Assembly: GCA_963704885.1 (NCBI GenBank)
Contig: CAVPIB010000004.1
Span: 1,056,001-1,120,000 of the forward strand
Reading direction: 5' to 3'
Length of the DNA: 64,000 bases
From: an uncultured Actinomycetes bacterium
Lineage (GTDB): Bacteria; Actinomycetota; UBA4738; HRBIN12
A program made the position numbers and the translations under genes. Positions 31,677 to 42,157 of the stretch are shown piece after piece (the stretch's first letter is position 1; each line of letters opens with the position of its first letter). The notes beneath the pieces were generated by a model. It had not been told where the DNA came from, searched no databases, and worked only from the letters and a program-made list of their open reading frames with translations.

Positions 31677-31931
31677 TTGGAGAGAGAACGTTCGAGGCTC
31701 ACCAGACCGCGGTATCCGATGCCGTCGTCCGTGCGTGATGCACTCACGCGACGGGGGCTCATGGACGCCTATCGGGCGCGCCCCGACTACCAGCAGAATG
31801 ACTACATCGGCTGGATCACGCGAGCCAAGCGCGAGGAGACGCAGCAGAGGCGCCTCCAGCAGATGCTGGACGAGCTTCGGCGCGGAGACACGTATATGAA
31901 GATGACCTACCGCCCGAAGGACGGCGCCTAG
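31677..31931 (+). CDS. YdeI/OmpD-associated small protein
   Basis: RPDYQQNDYIGWITRAKREETQQRRLQQMLDEL; TTG start inferred from upstream GGAGGGG. Confidence 0.75.
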   Translation: MERERSRLTRPRYPMPSSVRDALTRRGLMDAYRARPDYQQNDYIGWITRAKREETQQRRLQQMLDELRRGDTYMKMTYRPKDGA

Positions 31932-32404
31932 GCGTGCCCCTCGTTCCATACGTCGGTGATCTCCGCGTAGCGGACCGACTGGGATCCGAAGAGCGGCTTG
32001 ACGTCCACCTTCACCGACTCCGTTTGCGTGCCAGCCGCGAAGATCACCGAGCCGTGGTCGTGCACGGTCGGGTCCACGATCATCTCGACTTCGAGTAGCG
32101 GCGCAACCGGTGGGAGGGCCCCAAGCTCGAAACCGCCGAAGTCGTGGGTGATCTCGCTCTCATGCGCCAAAGTGACATCGCGATCGTCCAGGACGTTCCG
32201 CACGAGCGCCATGTCCAGGCGCTCGTCGCTCGGCAGCACCAAGGCCACATGCCGGCCACCGGTGTCGACTATCACTGTCTTCAGCACCTCGTCGGCCTCG
32301 ATCCCGAGCGCCTGAGCCTCCGCGATGCCGGTGAACGCCCGTTCGTGCTTCAGGATCTCGTACTCGATCTCCTGCTGCTCCAGGTAGTCCGTCAACGTCG
32401 TCAT
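31928..32404 (-). CDS. YbaK/EbsC-family aminoacyl-tRNA deacylase
   Basis: VLKTVIV, ELGALPP, FAAGTQTES. Confidence 0.85.
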   Translation of the reverse strand: MTTLTDYLEQQEIEYEILKHERAFTGIAEAQALGIEADEVLKTVIVDTGGRHVALVLPSDERLDMALVRNVLDDRDVTLAHESEITHDFGGFELGALPPVAPLLEVEMIVDPTVHDHGSVIFAAGTQTESVKVDVKPLFGSQSVRYAEITDVWNEGHA

Positions 32405-32670
32405 GACCTCACCCCCGACGACATGAAACACCACCGGGCATCGGTCTGGCAGCGCAGTCCGACCCGCCGCGGGGGGGACCTTTGGCGGGCTCCCGGCAGC
32501 GTCGTTGTCACCGCTGGGCCGTCAAAGTGAACGAGCCGATAGGTCGAGAATCGACACCTGGTTTCGCGTGCCGAAAGACTGACCTCGGGACGGCCAGCTC
32601 CCTTTACCGTACCGTGCCCCCCGGTGTACAAGAGCTTTCCGTAGGGAACATGAGACACGAGGGGGTTCGC

Positions 32671-33951
32671 ATGACGCATCCGAAGGACCGCATCCCGCCG
32701 CTTTCTCGGAGGGAGTTCCTGCGACGAGCGGCGGTAACGGGCGCGGCCGTGCCCAGCCTGGCGGCGATCCTAGCCGCCTGCGACTCCTCGACGGGATCCG
32801 GCGGCGATGGTGGCTCGAGCGCGAGCCCGTCTGGCGGACTGCAGCTGGCTCGCCCCGACAGCCCCGTGACCCTGCCCGTCACCGATGCCAACCCCGCGAT
32901 CGTGGACGGGCTGACGCCCGAGCAGGGTCCACTCAAGATCTTCGGATACAACGACTACATCTGGAAGAAGGTGCGGAACGGCTTCGGCGACCGGTACGGC
33001 GTGGAAGTGGAATACACCGTCTTCGACACGCCAGACGAGATGGTCGCGAAGATGCAGTCCAACGGCGCCGACTTCGATCTGATCGTGACGGTTACGCTCG
33101 ACAACATCGGGAAGCTGGCCCAAGGCGGCCTGATCCAACCGCTGAACGAAACCTATATCCCCGCGGTCCAGGAGCAGCTTTGGTCGGCGATCCCGGACTT
33201 CTACGACGTCGGGCGCCAGTACTCGGTCCCTTACGTGGTGTTCACCACCGGCATCGCGTGGCGGAACGATCTGGTGAGCGACGACATCGGCGCCATGGAT
33301 AACCCCTATGACGTGATGTGGGATCCGGCGTATCAGGGACAGGTCCACCTCCTGAACGGCTCTCGCGACATGATCGCGACAGGTCTGCTCCGCAAGGGCT
33401 ACGACCCGAACGAGTCGGACCCCGCGATCCTGGAGCAGGTGAAGCAAGACCTGCTCGCCGGCGCCGATTCGATGGGGTGGAAGTACGACCACGTCGACTA
33501 CACCGAGCTGTCGAACAGCCTGTGGGAGATCCACGGGACTTGGTCCGGGCAGATGGTCTACTACCAGTACTACCTACCGAAGGGCCTGGACATCACGGCG
33601 GTCTCCTACGCCTGGCCCCCACAGGGCCCGGGCGGGCAGAAGGGCCTGATCTCTCACGACCTGTTCGCGATCTCGAAGGGCGCTGCCAACCCGGTCCTGG
33701 CACACCTGTTGATCGACTACCTCTACGAACCGGACAACGCCCTCCAGAACTACACGTACGAGGGGTATCAGCCAACGGTGCTGTCGCTCGACAAGGAGAC
33801 GGCGCTCGACAAGGGGTACCTGCCCCCCAGCCTGGACTACACGTTCGTGACCGAGGACATGCTCCCTCTCGGGGTGAGCGAGCTGGAGCTCGCCCCCGCA
33901 GTGAACCAGCTCTACCAGCAGATCTACCAAGAAGTGACAGGTGGGGCGTAG
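32671..33951 (+). CDS. PotD/PotF-like ABC substrate-binding Tat lipoprotein
   Basis: SRREFL Tat motif, LAAC lipobox, YNDYI, YSVPY, WSG. Confidence 0.88.
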   Translation: MTHPKDRIPPLSRREFLRRAAVTGAAVPSLAAILAACDSSTGSGGDGGSSASPSGGLQLARPDSPVTLPVTDANPAIVDGLTPEQGPLKIFGYNDYIWKKVRNGFGDRYGVEVEYTVFDTPDEMVAKMQSNGADFDLIVTVTLDNIGKLAQGGLIQPLNETYIPAVQEQLWSAIPDFYDVGRQYSVPYVVFTTGIAWRNDLVSDDIGAMDNPYDVMWDPAYQGQVHLLNGSRDMIATGLLRKGYDPNESDPAILEQVKQDLLAGADSMGWKYDHVDYTELSNSLWEIHGTWSGQMVYYQYYLPKGLDITAVSYAWPPQGPGGQKGLISHDLFAISKGAANPVLAHLLIDYLYEPDNALQNYTYEGYQPTVLSLDKETALDKGYLPPSLDYTFVTEDMLPLGVSELELAPAVNQLYQQIYQEVTGGA

Positions 33952-34861
33952 GGACGACTCGGAGGGAACCTGGTTCCCTCGCGCCTTCTGGCCGTCGTTC
34001 GCGGCGCCGGCGACCGTGTGGGTCCTGCTCTTCTTCGTCGCGCCGTTCTACGTCATCTTGTCCGTGGCGTTCGGGGGCCTCGACCAGATCTTCCTGACAG
34101 CCACCCCCATCTACAACCCGCTGCGCTGGAACACGGGTCCATTCCGAGAGGTGACGTCCCAGTTCTTCACGAGTCAGTCGATCACCCAGCAGACGTTCGT
34201 CCGAACGCTGGTGTACGTGGGGATCGCCACGACGATCAGCCTGCTGATCGGCTACCCGGTCGCCTACTTCATCGCGCGACACGCCGGTCGCGCCAGGACC
34301 GTGTTCCTGGTGGCGTTCATCGCGCCGTTTTGGATCAGCTACATGATGCGGATGTTCGCCTGGGTGAACCTGCTGCAGCCCAAGGGGTACGTGAACAAGA
34401 TCCTGCAGTGGCTCGGCATCTTGAATGAACCACGCCTGTGGCTGAACGGGAAGCCTACGACCGTAGTGATGGGGTTGGTCTACGGGTACGTGCCATACAT
34501 GATCCTGCCGCTGTACGCCATGCTCGATCGGATCGATCGATCCACGATCGAGGCCGCGCGCGACCTGGGCGCGAGCCAAGCCAGGACGTTCTTCCGGGTC
34601 ACCCTGCCACTCTCCCGGCAGGCCATCCTGGCGGGGTGCGTGATCGTCGCCCTGCCGATGTTCGGCGACTACTTCACGCAGACCCTGCTCGCGAGCACGC
34701 GCCAAACGTCCATGTTCGGCAACCTGATCGTGAGCTCCATGGACAGCTCGCTCGTGAACCAGGGAGCGTCGCTCGTGATCATCCTGATCTTGGTCTTGAT
34801 CGCGCCGATGCTCTACTACCTGAGGAGCACGAACGCCGCCCGGGAGCTGGCGCGCCGATGA
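33941..34861 (+). CDS. PotB-like ABC permease
   Basis: GYPVAY, PFWISY, YVPYMILPLY, IEAARDLGA. Confidence 0.9.
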   Translation: MGRRDDSEGTWFPRAFWPSFAAPATVWVLLFFVAPFYVILSVAFGGLDQIFLTATPIYNPLRWNTGPFREVTSQFFTSQSITQQTFVRTLVYVGIATTISLLIGYPVAYFIARHAGRARTVFLVAFIAPFWISYMMRMFAWVNLLQPKGYVNKILQWLGILNEPRLWLNGKPTTVVMGLVYGYVPYMILPLYAMLDRIDRSTIEAARDLGASQARTFFRVTLPLSRQAILAGCVIVALPMFGDYFTQTLLASTRQTSMFGNLIVSSMDSSLVNQGASLVIILILVLIAPMLYYLRSTNAARELARR

Positions 34862-35739
34862 GCACGCGCGATAGAAGCCCGAAAGCCAAGTCACGAGTCT
34901 TCGCGTGGACGATGAATCCCTGGGCTCGGGCTCACTTCCTCTGGCTCATCGCTATCGCCTACGTGGTGTGGACCCTGCTTCCCGTGTTCATCGCGGTCGC
35001 CTTCTCCTTCAACGCCGGGAAGGCACAGACCGCGTGGCAGGGCTTCTCTTTGACGCGCTGGTACGTGACGGACGTGAACTCGGTGTGGCAGAACGGCGAG
35101 CTCCGCTCAGCCCTCTTCCAGAGCCTGAAGCTGTCGGGCGTCACGGTCCTGATAGCTGTGCCCTTCGGGGTCATGTTCGCGCTGGCACTCGACCGATGGG
35201 AGGCGCGCAGCGCCTCCGCCGCGAACTTCTTGATGCTCTTCTCCTTCATCACACCCGAGATCGCGGTCGGCGTGGGCCTGTTCCTGATGTTCACGCAGCT
35301 GGTGTCGGGGATCGGCTTGGGGTTCCAAGCGCAGGTGTTCGGCCTGTCGATGTTCGAGTTGGCCTATCCGGTGATCGTGGTCCGAGCTCGCCTGCTCTCG
35401 ATCGGCCGAGAGTACGAGGAAGCGGCCATGGACCTGGGTGCCTCGCCGATCGGGGCGATGCGTCGGGTACTCCTACCGTTACTCGCGCCCGCGATATTCG
35501 CGAGCGTGGCTATCGTCTTCGCGTCGGCGATAGACAACTTCGTGATCTCGCAACGGCTGTCGGTGAACGCCTCTACGCAGACGATCCCGATCATCATCTA
35601 TAGCTCGGCGCGGCGGTCGCCGCTGCCCTCGCTGAACGCCCTCGCCACGATCACGCTTGTATCGTCCACGATCCTGGTCGCCGCGGCAGCGATCGTCTAT
35701 CGACGGTTCACGCGCAACGAACGCCGGGTACCCGACTAG
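34858..35739 (+). CDS. PotC-like ABC permease
   Basis: FSFN, YEEAAMDLGA, DNFVIS; ATGA overlap with the upstream gene. Confidence 0.9.
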   Translation: MSTRDRSPKAKSRVFAWTMNPWARAHFLWLIAIAYVVWTLLPVFIAVAFSFNAGKAQTAWQGFSLTRWYVTDVNSVWQNGELRSALFQSLKLSGVTVLIAVPFGVMFALALDRWEARSASAANFLMLFSFITPEIAVGVGLFLMFTQLVSGIGLGFQAQVFGLSMFELAYPVIVVRARLLSIGREYEEAAMDLGASPIGAMRRVLLPLLAPAIFASVAIVFASAIDNFVISQRLSVNASTQTIPIIIYSSARRSPLPSLNALATITLVSSTILVAAAAIVYRRFTRNERRVPD

Positions 35740-35749
35740 GCTCGCTCCC

Positions 35750-36583
35750 GTGGAATACCTCGTTCCGGCCGATGTTGCAGCCGCCGTCGAGATACGGGGT
35801 ACGGGCTGCGCCGTGCTGGCGGGCGGCACCGACCTCTACCCGCAGCACGTCGGGCGTGCGATGACGGGGCCCGTCCTCGACATCGGCGGGCTCTCAGAGC
35901 TCCGCGGCATCGAGCAGACCGCGGACGCCTACAGGATCGGCGCGCTCACGCGATGGGCCGACGTGGCCGCAGCTGCGCTCCCGGCCTGTTTCGACGGCAT
36001 CCGAGCCGCCGCCCGCGAGGTCGGATCGGTTCAGGTGCAGAACTCCGCCACGGTGGGGGGCAACCTGTGCAATGCATCACCTGCCGCCGACGGTATCCCT
36101 CCCTTGCTCACGCTGGACGCCTCCGTCGAACTGACGTCGGTGGCCGGGAGTCGCGTGCTGCGGCTCGAGGACTTCCTCACCGGGTACCGCCAGACGGCGC
36201 TCCGGCCCGATGAGCTACTCACCGCGGTCCTCGTTCCTCACGACGCGGACAACGCCCGGTCGGCGTTCCTGAAGCTCGGGCTTCGACGCTATCTGGTGAT
36301 CTCGGTCGTGATGACGGCGGTCGTGGTCGCGGTGGATCTGGATGGTCGGATCGCCGACGCCCGGGTTGCGGTCGGGGCGTGCTCGCCTGTGGCGCAACGC
36401 CTGCCTTCGCTCGAGGCGCAGCTGGTGGGCCGCTCCACCGACGAGCTCGACGAGGCTTCGATCCCCGAGCATCTCTCAACGCTCAGTCCGATCGACGATG
36501 TGCGAGCGACGGCCGACTACCGGCGCCGGTCCGCGGCGATCCTTCTGCGGCGCGCTCTCCAGAGCTGCGGGGCCGGCCGGTGA
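35750..36583 (+). CDS. Mo hydroxylase FAD subunit (nicotinate dehydrogenase-like by context)
   Basis: LAGGTD, ATVGGNLCNASPAADG, PIDDVRATADYRR; TAGGCT 7 nt before the GTG. Confidence 0.88.
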   Translation: MEYLVPADVAAAVEIRGTGCAVLAGGTDLYPQHVGRAMTGPVLDIGGLSELRGIEQTADAYRIGALTRWADVAAAALPACFDGIRAAAREVGSVQVQNSATVGGNLCNASPAADGIPPLLTLDASVELTSVAGSRVLRLEDFLTGYRQTALRPDELLTAVLVPHDADNARSAFLKLGLRRYLVISVVMTAVVVAVDLDGRIADARVAVGACSPVAQRLPSLEAQLVGRSTDELDEASIPEHLSTLSPIDDVRATADYRRRSAAILLRRALQSCGAGR

Positions 36584-39312
36584 GCGCGGTGACGCTGAAC
36601 GTCAACGGTTCGCCGGTCCAGACCGAGGGGTCGGCCCGCCGCCTGAGCGATGTCTTGCGGGACGAGCTGGGGCTCACCGCCACCAAGGTGGGATGCGACG
36701 CCGGCGACTGCGGCGCGTGCACGGTCCTGTTGGACGGCGAGCCTGTGAGCGCGTGCATGACGCCTGTCGGGCGCATGGAGGGCCGCCGTGTGGAAACGCT
36801 CGAGGGGCTCGATTCCAGCGGAGAGGCACTCGCACTTCAAGCGACGTTCCTGGCGCACGGTGCCGCGCAATGCGGCATCTGCACGCCGGGCATGCTGGTC
36901 GCGGCGACCGCGCTCCTGCGGGCGACGCCGGCGCCCACCGAGCCACAGGTGATGGACGCCCTGGGAGGAGTGCTCTGTCGCTGCACCGGCTACCGCAAGA
37001 TCATCTCGGCAGTGATGGATGCGCATGCGGCTGAGGAGGTCGAACCGCCGCCTCCCGTTGGCAAGGCGGTCGGTCATCGCGTGCGTCGCGTCGACGGCGA
37101 ACGCAAAGTGAACGGCACCGACGTGTTCGGATCCGACCAAGCGCCCGACGGGGCGCTCGTCATCCGGATCGTGCGATCGCCGCACCACAGGGCTCGATTC
37201 GAGCTGGGCGACCTGGCCGGATACGTCGCCGCCACGCCGGGAGTGGTCGCGGTGATGACCGCTGCCGACATAGACGGCCTCAACCGCTTCGGCGTCATCC
37301 CCGCCACTGCCGACCAGCCGGTCTTCGCTGAGGAGGAGGTGCGGTTCCGCGGCGAGGCCGTCGCGATGATCGTCGGCGAGCCCTCGCCTATGACTGCGCT
37401 GGACCTGTCGTCTTTCCCAGTTACGTGGGAGGAGCTGCCGCCGGTCATGTCGATGGACGACGCGCAGGCTCCAGACGCGCCTCGCATCCACCGATCGCGC
37501 GAGGGCAACGTCCTGATCCGAGGCAACGTGCGCCGCGGCGACCTGGACCAGGCGTTCGCGGCGGCCGAGGTAACGGTCGAGGGCGTCTTCCAGACCGGCT
37601 CCATCGAACACGCCTACATCGAGCCTGAGGCCGGCTACGCCGAACGCGTCGGCGACCGGGTGGAGGTGCAGGTGACGACGCAGTCCCCGCACATGGACCG
37701 CATGGAGCTGGAGGCGATCCTTGGTCTGCCCGAGGGAGCGGTCAGGATCAAACCGACCGCGGTCGGCGGCGGGTTCGGAAGCAAGCTCGATCTGTCGGTA
37801 CAGCCCTACCTGGCACTCGCCGCGTGGAAGCTCGACCGGCCGGTTCGCCTCACGTACACCAGGCCCGAGTCGATGATGTCCACGACGAAACGCCATCCCT
37901 CAACGCTCCGTGCGCGGATCGGCGCAACAAGCGACGGCCGCCTGACCGCCATGGACTTCACCGGGGAGTTCAACACCGGTGCCTACGCCTCGTGGGGACC
38001 GACCGTCGCGAACCGGGTCCCGGTCCACGCGGGCGGGCCCTACATCTACGACGCGTACCGCGCGCGCACCGTGGCTGTGCACACGAACGCTCCGCCCTCG
38101 GGTGCGTTCCGCGGATTCGGCGTTCCGCAGTCCACGATCGCGCAGGAGTGCCTGTTCGACGAGCTCGCGGACGCCGTGGGGATGGATCGGCTCGAGTTCC
38201 GGTACGTGAACGCGCTCACGACTGGCGTGCCGACGGTCACCGGCCAGGTATTCCCATCGGGCGTCGGGTATCGCGATTGCCTAGAGGCGCTCCGGCCTCA
38301 CTGGAAGCGTGCACGGACCGAGGCGGCAGCGGCGAACTCCGACGGAGGCTCGACCCGCAGCGGGGTCGGCCTCGCAGGCATGTGGTACGGCTGTGGCAAC
38401 ACGGCTATGCCGAATCCCTCGACGATCAAGGTCGGGCTCCACCGCGACGGCTTCATCGCGCTCTATCAGGGAGCGGTCGACATGGGACAGGGCGCCAACA
38501 CCGTGATGACCCAGATCTGCGCCGACGCCTTGGGCGTGGACCTGTCGTGCATCGTGACGCTCGGTGCCGACACCGACACCACGCCCGATGCCGGCAAGAG
38601 CTCCGCGTCGCGACAGACATTCATCTCGGGGAACGCGACCTTCCTGGCGGCGACGGCGCTCCGCGCGCGGCTCCTTCTGATGTGCGGCGCGTCGGATGAG
38701 GCCTACCTCGAGTTCGACGGTCGACACCTGGTGGTCCACGATCAGGGTGCGACGACGGTTCTGGACCTTCGCGCCTTAGATGCCGACGCGGGTGGCCTGG
38801 TCGCGGCCGACACCGAGACCTACGACCCGCCGACGACGGCGCTTGATGAGGACGGCCAGGGTGAGCCTTACGCGCAGTTCGGGTTCGGGGCACACATGGC
38901 CGAACTGCAGATCGACCTCGAGCTCGGCACGGTCCACCTCCGCCGGATCACGGCCGCGCACGACGTCGGGCGCGCCGTGAACCCCACGTTGGTCGAGGGC
39001 CAGATCGAGGGCGGCGTCGCCCAGGGGATCGGCATGGCGTTGATGGAGGAGTACATCCCAGGGCGGAACGAGAACCTGCACGACTACCTGATCCCCACGA
39101 TCGGCGACGTGCCGGAGGTCGTGAGCATCCTGGTGGAATCGGGTGATCCCGCCGGCCCTTACGGGGCGAAGGGGATCGGCGAGCACTCGCTGATCCCTAC
39201 CGCTCCGGCCATCCTGAACGCGATCCGCGACGCGGTCGGTGCGGGCATCCGCCATCTGCCCGCTACCCCCGAACGCGTGCTCGCCGCGATCGCGGAGGGA
39301 GCCGCGCGGTGA
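36580..39312 (+). CDS. Fused 2Fe-2S + Mo-binding hydroxylase (probable nicotinate dehydrogenase)
   Basis: GCDAGDCGAC, QCGIC, CRCTGY, GGGFGSK, AFRGFG, SASRQT, GAKGIGEH; coupled to an hnr-like gene. Confidence 0.82.
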   Translation: MSAVTLNVNGSPVQTEGSARRLSDVLRDELGLTATKVGCDAGDCGACTVLLDGEPVSACMTPVGRMEGRRVETLEGLDSSGEALALQATFLAHGAAQCGICTPGMLVAATALLRATPAPTEPQVMDALGGVLCRCTGYRKIISAVMDAHAAEEVEPPPPVGKAVGHRVRRVDGERKVNGTDVFGSDQAPDGALVIRIVRSPHHRARFELGDLAGYVAATPGVVAVMTAADIDGLNRFGVIPATADQPVFAEEEVRFRGEAVAMIVGEPSPMTALDLSSFPVTWEELPPVMSMDDAQAPDAPRIHRSREGNVLIRGNVRRGDLDQAFAAAEVTVEGVFQTGSIEHAYIEPEAGYAERVGDRVEVQVTTQSPHMDRMELEAILGLPEGAVRIKPTAVGGGFGSKLDLSVQPYLALAAWKLDRPVRLTYTRPESMMSTTKRHPSTLRARIGATSDGRLTAMDFTGEFNTGAYASWGPTVANRVPVHAGGPYIYDAYRARTVAVHTNAPPSGAFRGFGVPQSTIAQECLFDELADAVGMDRLEFRYVNALTTGVPTVTGQVFPSGVGYRDCLEALRPHWKRARTEAAAANSDGGSTRSGVGLAGMWYGCGNTAMPNPSTIKVGLHRDGFIALYQGAVDMGQGANTVMTQICADALGVDLSCIVTLGADTDTTPDAGKSSASRQTFISGNATFLAATALRARLLLMCGASDEAYLEFDGRHLVVHDQGATTVLDLRALDADAGGLVAADTETYDPPTTALDEDGQGEPYAQFGFGAHMAELQIDLELGTVHLRRITAAHDVGRAVNPTLVEGQIEGGVAQGIGMALMEEYIPGRNENLHDYLIPTIGDVPEVVSILVESGDPAGPYGAKGIGEHSLIPTAPAILNAIRDAVGAGIRHLPATPERVLAAIAEGAAR

Positions 39313-40724
39313 CCGAGGCCGCGACCGACACCGTCGTCTGCGACGCCTGCCCCATCCGGTGCGTGATCAAGCCGGGGCGGACCGGTGCGTGCGACCGTTA
39401 CGGCAACGTTGACGGCGTGCTCGCGCGCATGGATCCGCTCCTGGTGCTGGAGCGCACCCAAGAGCAAGGCGGCGCGCTGGTCCCGTTCGCGTCGCGGCTG
39501 GGCGATTGGGAGGGCGAGCTGGTCCCGACCGGGGAGGTGTTCCTGACCGGGGCCGGTTCCGGCACGACGTATCCCGACTACAAGCCCGCGCCGTTCATCG
39601 TGTCGTCGAAGATCGCGGGTGTCGACATGGTGACGGTGGTGACCGAGGCGATATTCAGCTACTGCGGCGTGGACTTGAAGATCGACACGGATCGTCATGT
39701 GGGCGCCGAACGGCAGATCGTGCGTGCCCGCGGCGAGGCCGTGGGACATGTCACCACCGGTCAGTACGGATCCCAGATGCTCTCGCTGGGCGGGGTGAAC
39801 CATCTGACCGGCGGCTCTAAGCGCGAGGGCGTGGTGACGATGGAGACGCTGCTGGCGCTCTGCAGCGGTGAGGCGGTCGAGTTGTCCGTGGACGAAGGCT
39901 CGGAGCTGATCCTTCAGGCCGGGAAGCCGCCGGTGATCAACGGCGTCGTCGAGGAACGGATGCGCGTGGGTTGCGGGTCCGCCACCATCGGCATGTTCGC
40001 GCAGCAGTGGTACGAACACGTCGACGAGGTCGTGGTGGTCGACGATCACATCACCGGTGTGCTCTCCGAGCACCAGGCGGGCAGGTATCTGGACATCCCG
40101 GCGACCGGTATCAAGGTCAAGGGCCGTCGATCGACACCCGGTCGGTACTTCAACGTCGCGAAGCCCGGGACCGGGTGGGGCGGAACCGACATCGAGGACC
40201 CCCTCACGATCCTCGATGCGTTCGACCCGAAGGTGGCGAAGCCCGGCCTCACGTTGCTGATGATCGGCACGACCGGCGAGCATCACGCGTACTTCGTGCT
40301 CGATGACGAACTCCGCCCCATGCCGGCTCCGCTCCCCGACGACCTGCGCCTGTCCGTCGAACGGATCCGCGAGAATTGCGAGCCGGCCATGACCTCGGTC
40401 CTGTTCATGGCGGGAGCGGGCGGGTCGCTCCGCGCGGGGGCCACGGTGAATCCCGTAGCGCTCACCCGTTCGGTCAATCAGACCCTCACCAGGGTCACGT
40501 GCGGCGGCGCGCCCGTCTACGTCTGGCCCGGCGGCGGCATCACGTTCATGGTGGACGTCACGCTCGTCCCGCCGGGCGCGTTCGGATACGTGCCCACTCC
40601 CGCCCTGGTCGCGCCACTCGAGTTCACGATGCGTCAAGACGATTACGCAGCGCTCGGCGGTCACATGGAGGCGATCGTTCCCATGGAGGAGGTGCTCGCA
40701 CGCCCCGACGTGCGCCATCTATGA
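39309..40724 (+). CDS. hnr: 6-hydroxynicotinate reductase-like Fe-S protein
   Basis: CDACPIRC...GAC, YPDYKPAP, FSYCG, MRVGCGSA, VDDHITG, WPGGGI; lies between a Mo hydroxylase and enamidase. Confidence 0.8.
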   Translation: MTEAATDTVVCDACPIRCVIKPGRTGACDRYGNVDGVLARMDPLLVLERTQEQGGALVPFASRLGDWEGELVPTGEVFLTGAGSGTTYPDYKPAPFIVSSKIAGVDMVTVVTEAIFSYCGVDLKIDTDRHVGAERQIVRARGEAVGHVTTGQYGSQMLSLGGVNHLTGGSKREGVVTMETLLALCSGEAVELSVDEGSELILQAGKPPVINGVVEERMRVGCGSATIGMFAQQWYEHVDEVVVVDDHITGVLSEHQAGRYLDIPATGIKVKGRRSTPGRYFNVAKPGTGWGGTDIEDPLTILDAFDPKVAKPGLTLLMIGTTGEHHAYFVLDDELRPMPAPLPDDLRLSVERIRENCEPAMTSVLFMAGAGGSLRAGATVNPVALTRSVNQTLTRVTCGGAPVYVWPGGGITFMVDVTLVPPGAFGYVPTPALVAPLEFTMRQDDYAALGGHMEAIVPMEEVLARPDVRHL

Positions 40725-41584
40725 CCGGGCCGGTCGCGGCGATGACGACGGACGGTTCGCGGCTGCATCTGCAGCACGGACCGATCGATCTGATCATCGA
40801 GGGTTGGGGCTCACCCGAGGAGGTCGCGGCCGCGTACCGGCGGGCGTGGGAGCGGTTCCAACCGCTGCTGGATGAGCTTGTCGCGGAGCTGCCGTTGCTC
40901 CGGCGGCCGCTGGACCCCGCACTCGGCGATCCTTCGGGTTCGGTCGCCCGGCGGATGGCTGACGCCGTCCGCCCGTTCGCCGATCGCTTCATCACCCCGA
41001 TGGCCGCGGTGGCCGGCGCCGTCGCCGACGAGATCTGCGCGGAGATGGTGTCGGGCGGCGGCCTGCGCCGCGCGTACGTGAACGACGGCGGAGATATCGC
41101 GCTCCATCTCTCACCGGGCGAGACCTTCGACGTCGGGCTCGTGCCCGTGCCGAACCGGCCGGCACTGCTCGGGAAGATGACCGTTCACGCGGATGAGCCG
41201 ATCCGCGGCGTGGCCACCAGCGGACGACACGGGCGGAGCTTCTCGCTCGGGATCGCGGACGCGGTGACGGTGCTGGCCGACTCGGCGGCCCGAGCCGACG
41301 CGGCGGCCACCCTGATCGCCAACGCCGTGAACCTCGCGGACCACCAGGCGATCCGGCGCGTCCCCGCGTCCGAGCTGCAGCCAGACACCGACCTCGGGAC
41401 CCAACTCGTGACGACCGAGGTCGGCGTTCTCACCTCCGACGAGATCGAACGGGCGCTCTCCCCCGGCGTGGCCGAAGCCGAACGCATGCGATCCGATGGG
41501 GTGATCGGTGCCGCGGTGCTGTGCCTGAACGATCGGGTCGCGACGGTCGCGACACCCGTGCTAGCGTCGGCGATCGGAGGCTAG
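40721..41584 (+). CDS. UPF0280 family (ApbE-like) protein
   Basis: HLQHGPIDL, TPMAAVAG, NDGGDIA, ATSGRHGRSFSLGIADAVTV, ADAAAT. Confidence 0.85.
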   Translation: MTGPVAAMTTDGSRLHLQHGPIDLIIEGWGSPEEVAAAYRRAWERFQPLLDELVAELPLLRRPLDPALGDPSGSVARRMADAVRPFADRFITPMAAVAGAVADEICAEMVSGGGLRRAYVNDGGDIALHLSPGETFDVGLVPVPNRPALLGKMTVHADEPIRGVATSGRHGRSFSLGIADAVTVLADSAARADAAATLIANAVNLADHQAIRRVPASELQPDTDLGTQLVTTEVGVLTSDEIERALSPGVAEAERMRSDGVIGAAVLCLNDRVATVATPVLASAIGG

Positions 41585-42157
41585 ATGGACATCCGGAAGA
41601 TCGTCTCGATCGTCGAAGACGTTCGTATCGAGGCCGCGCGGCCGGTCGACCCGCCGATCAGGCGAGTCGTGACCGCCGCCGTGCTCCATAACCCGTTCGC
41701 CGGCCGCTACGAGCAGGACCTGAGCGAGCTGATCGCCCGGAGCATCGAGCTCTCGGGGACGCTATCCGCGATCGCGGTCGAGCACCTGGGAGGCAACCCG
41801 GTCCACAGCTACGGCAAGGGCGGCATCGTCGGGACCAAGGGTGAGCTGGAGCACGTCGCCGCCATGCTCCATCCGGAGTTCGGCGCGCCGCTGCGCGAGG
41901 CGTGCGGTGGCGGGAAGGCCATCATCCCTTCGGCTAAGAAGCGCGGCGGCCCGGGCGTCACGCTGGACGTCCCGCTCCACTACAAGGACGCCGCGTTCGT
42001 CCGCAGCCACTTCGATGCGGTGGAGCTCCGGATCGTGGATGCGCCCGACGACGACGAGATGGTGATCGCCGTCGCGGTCACGGATGGCGGCCGCCCGCTT
42101 CCGCGTGTCGGAGGGCTGAAGGTGTCGGAGATCGTGGGAGAAGACGGTCTCCGGTGA
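41585..42157 (+). CDS. 'Amino acid synthesis' family (DUF1185) protein
   Basis: NPFAGRY, SYGKGGIVG, GELEH, RSHFD, GRPLPR. Confidence 0.82.
   Translation: MDIRKIVSIVEDVRIEAARPVDPPIRRVVTAAVLHNPFAGRYEQDLSELIARSIELSGTLSAIAVEHLGGNPVHSYGKGGIVGTKGELEHVAAMLHPEFGAPLREACGGGKAIIPSAKKRGGPGVTLDVPLHYKDAAFVRSHFDAVELRIVDAPDDDEMVIAVAVTDGGRPLPRVGGLKVSEIVGEDGLR

Noticed and set aside
32405-32670. Riboswitch or DosR-like box in the 266-bp intergenic region
   Set aside because: Only short GC stems and a half-site (GGGACCTTTGG); no complete motif recognisable by eye.
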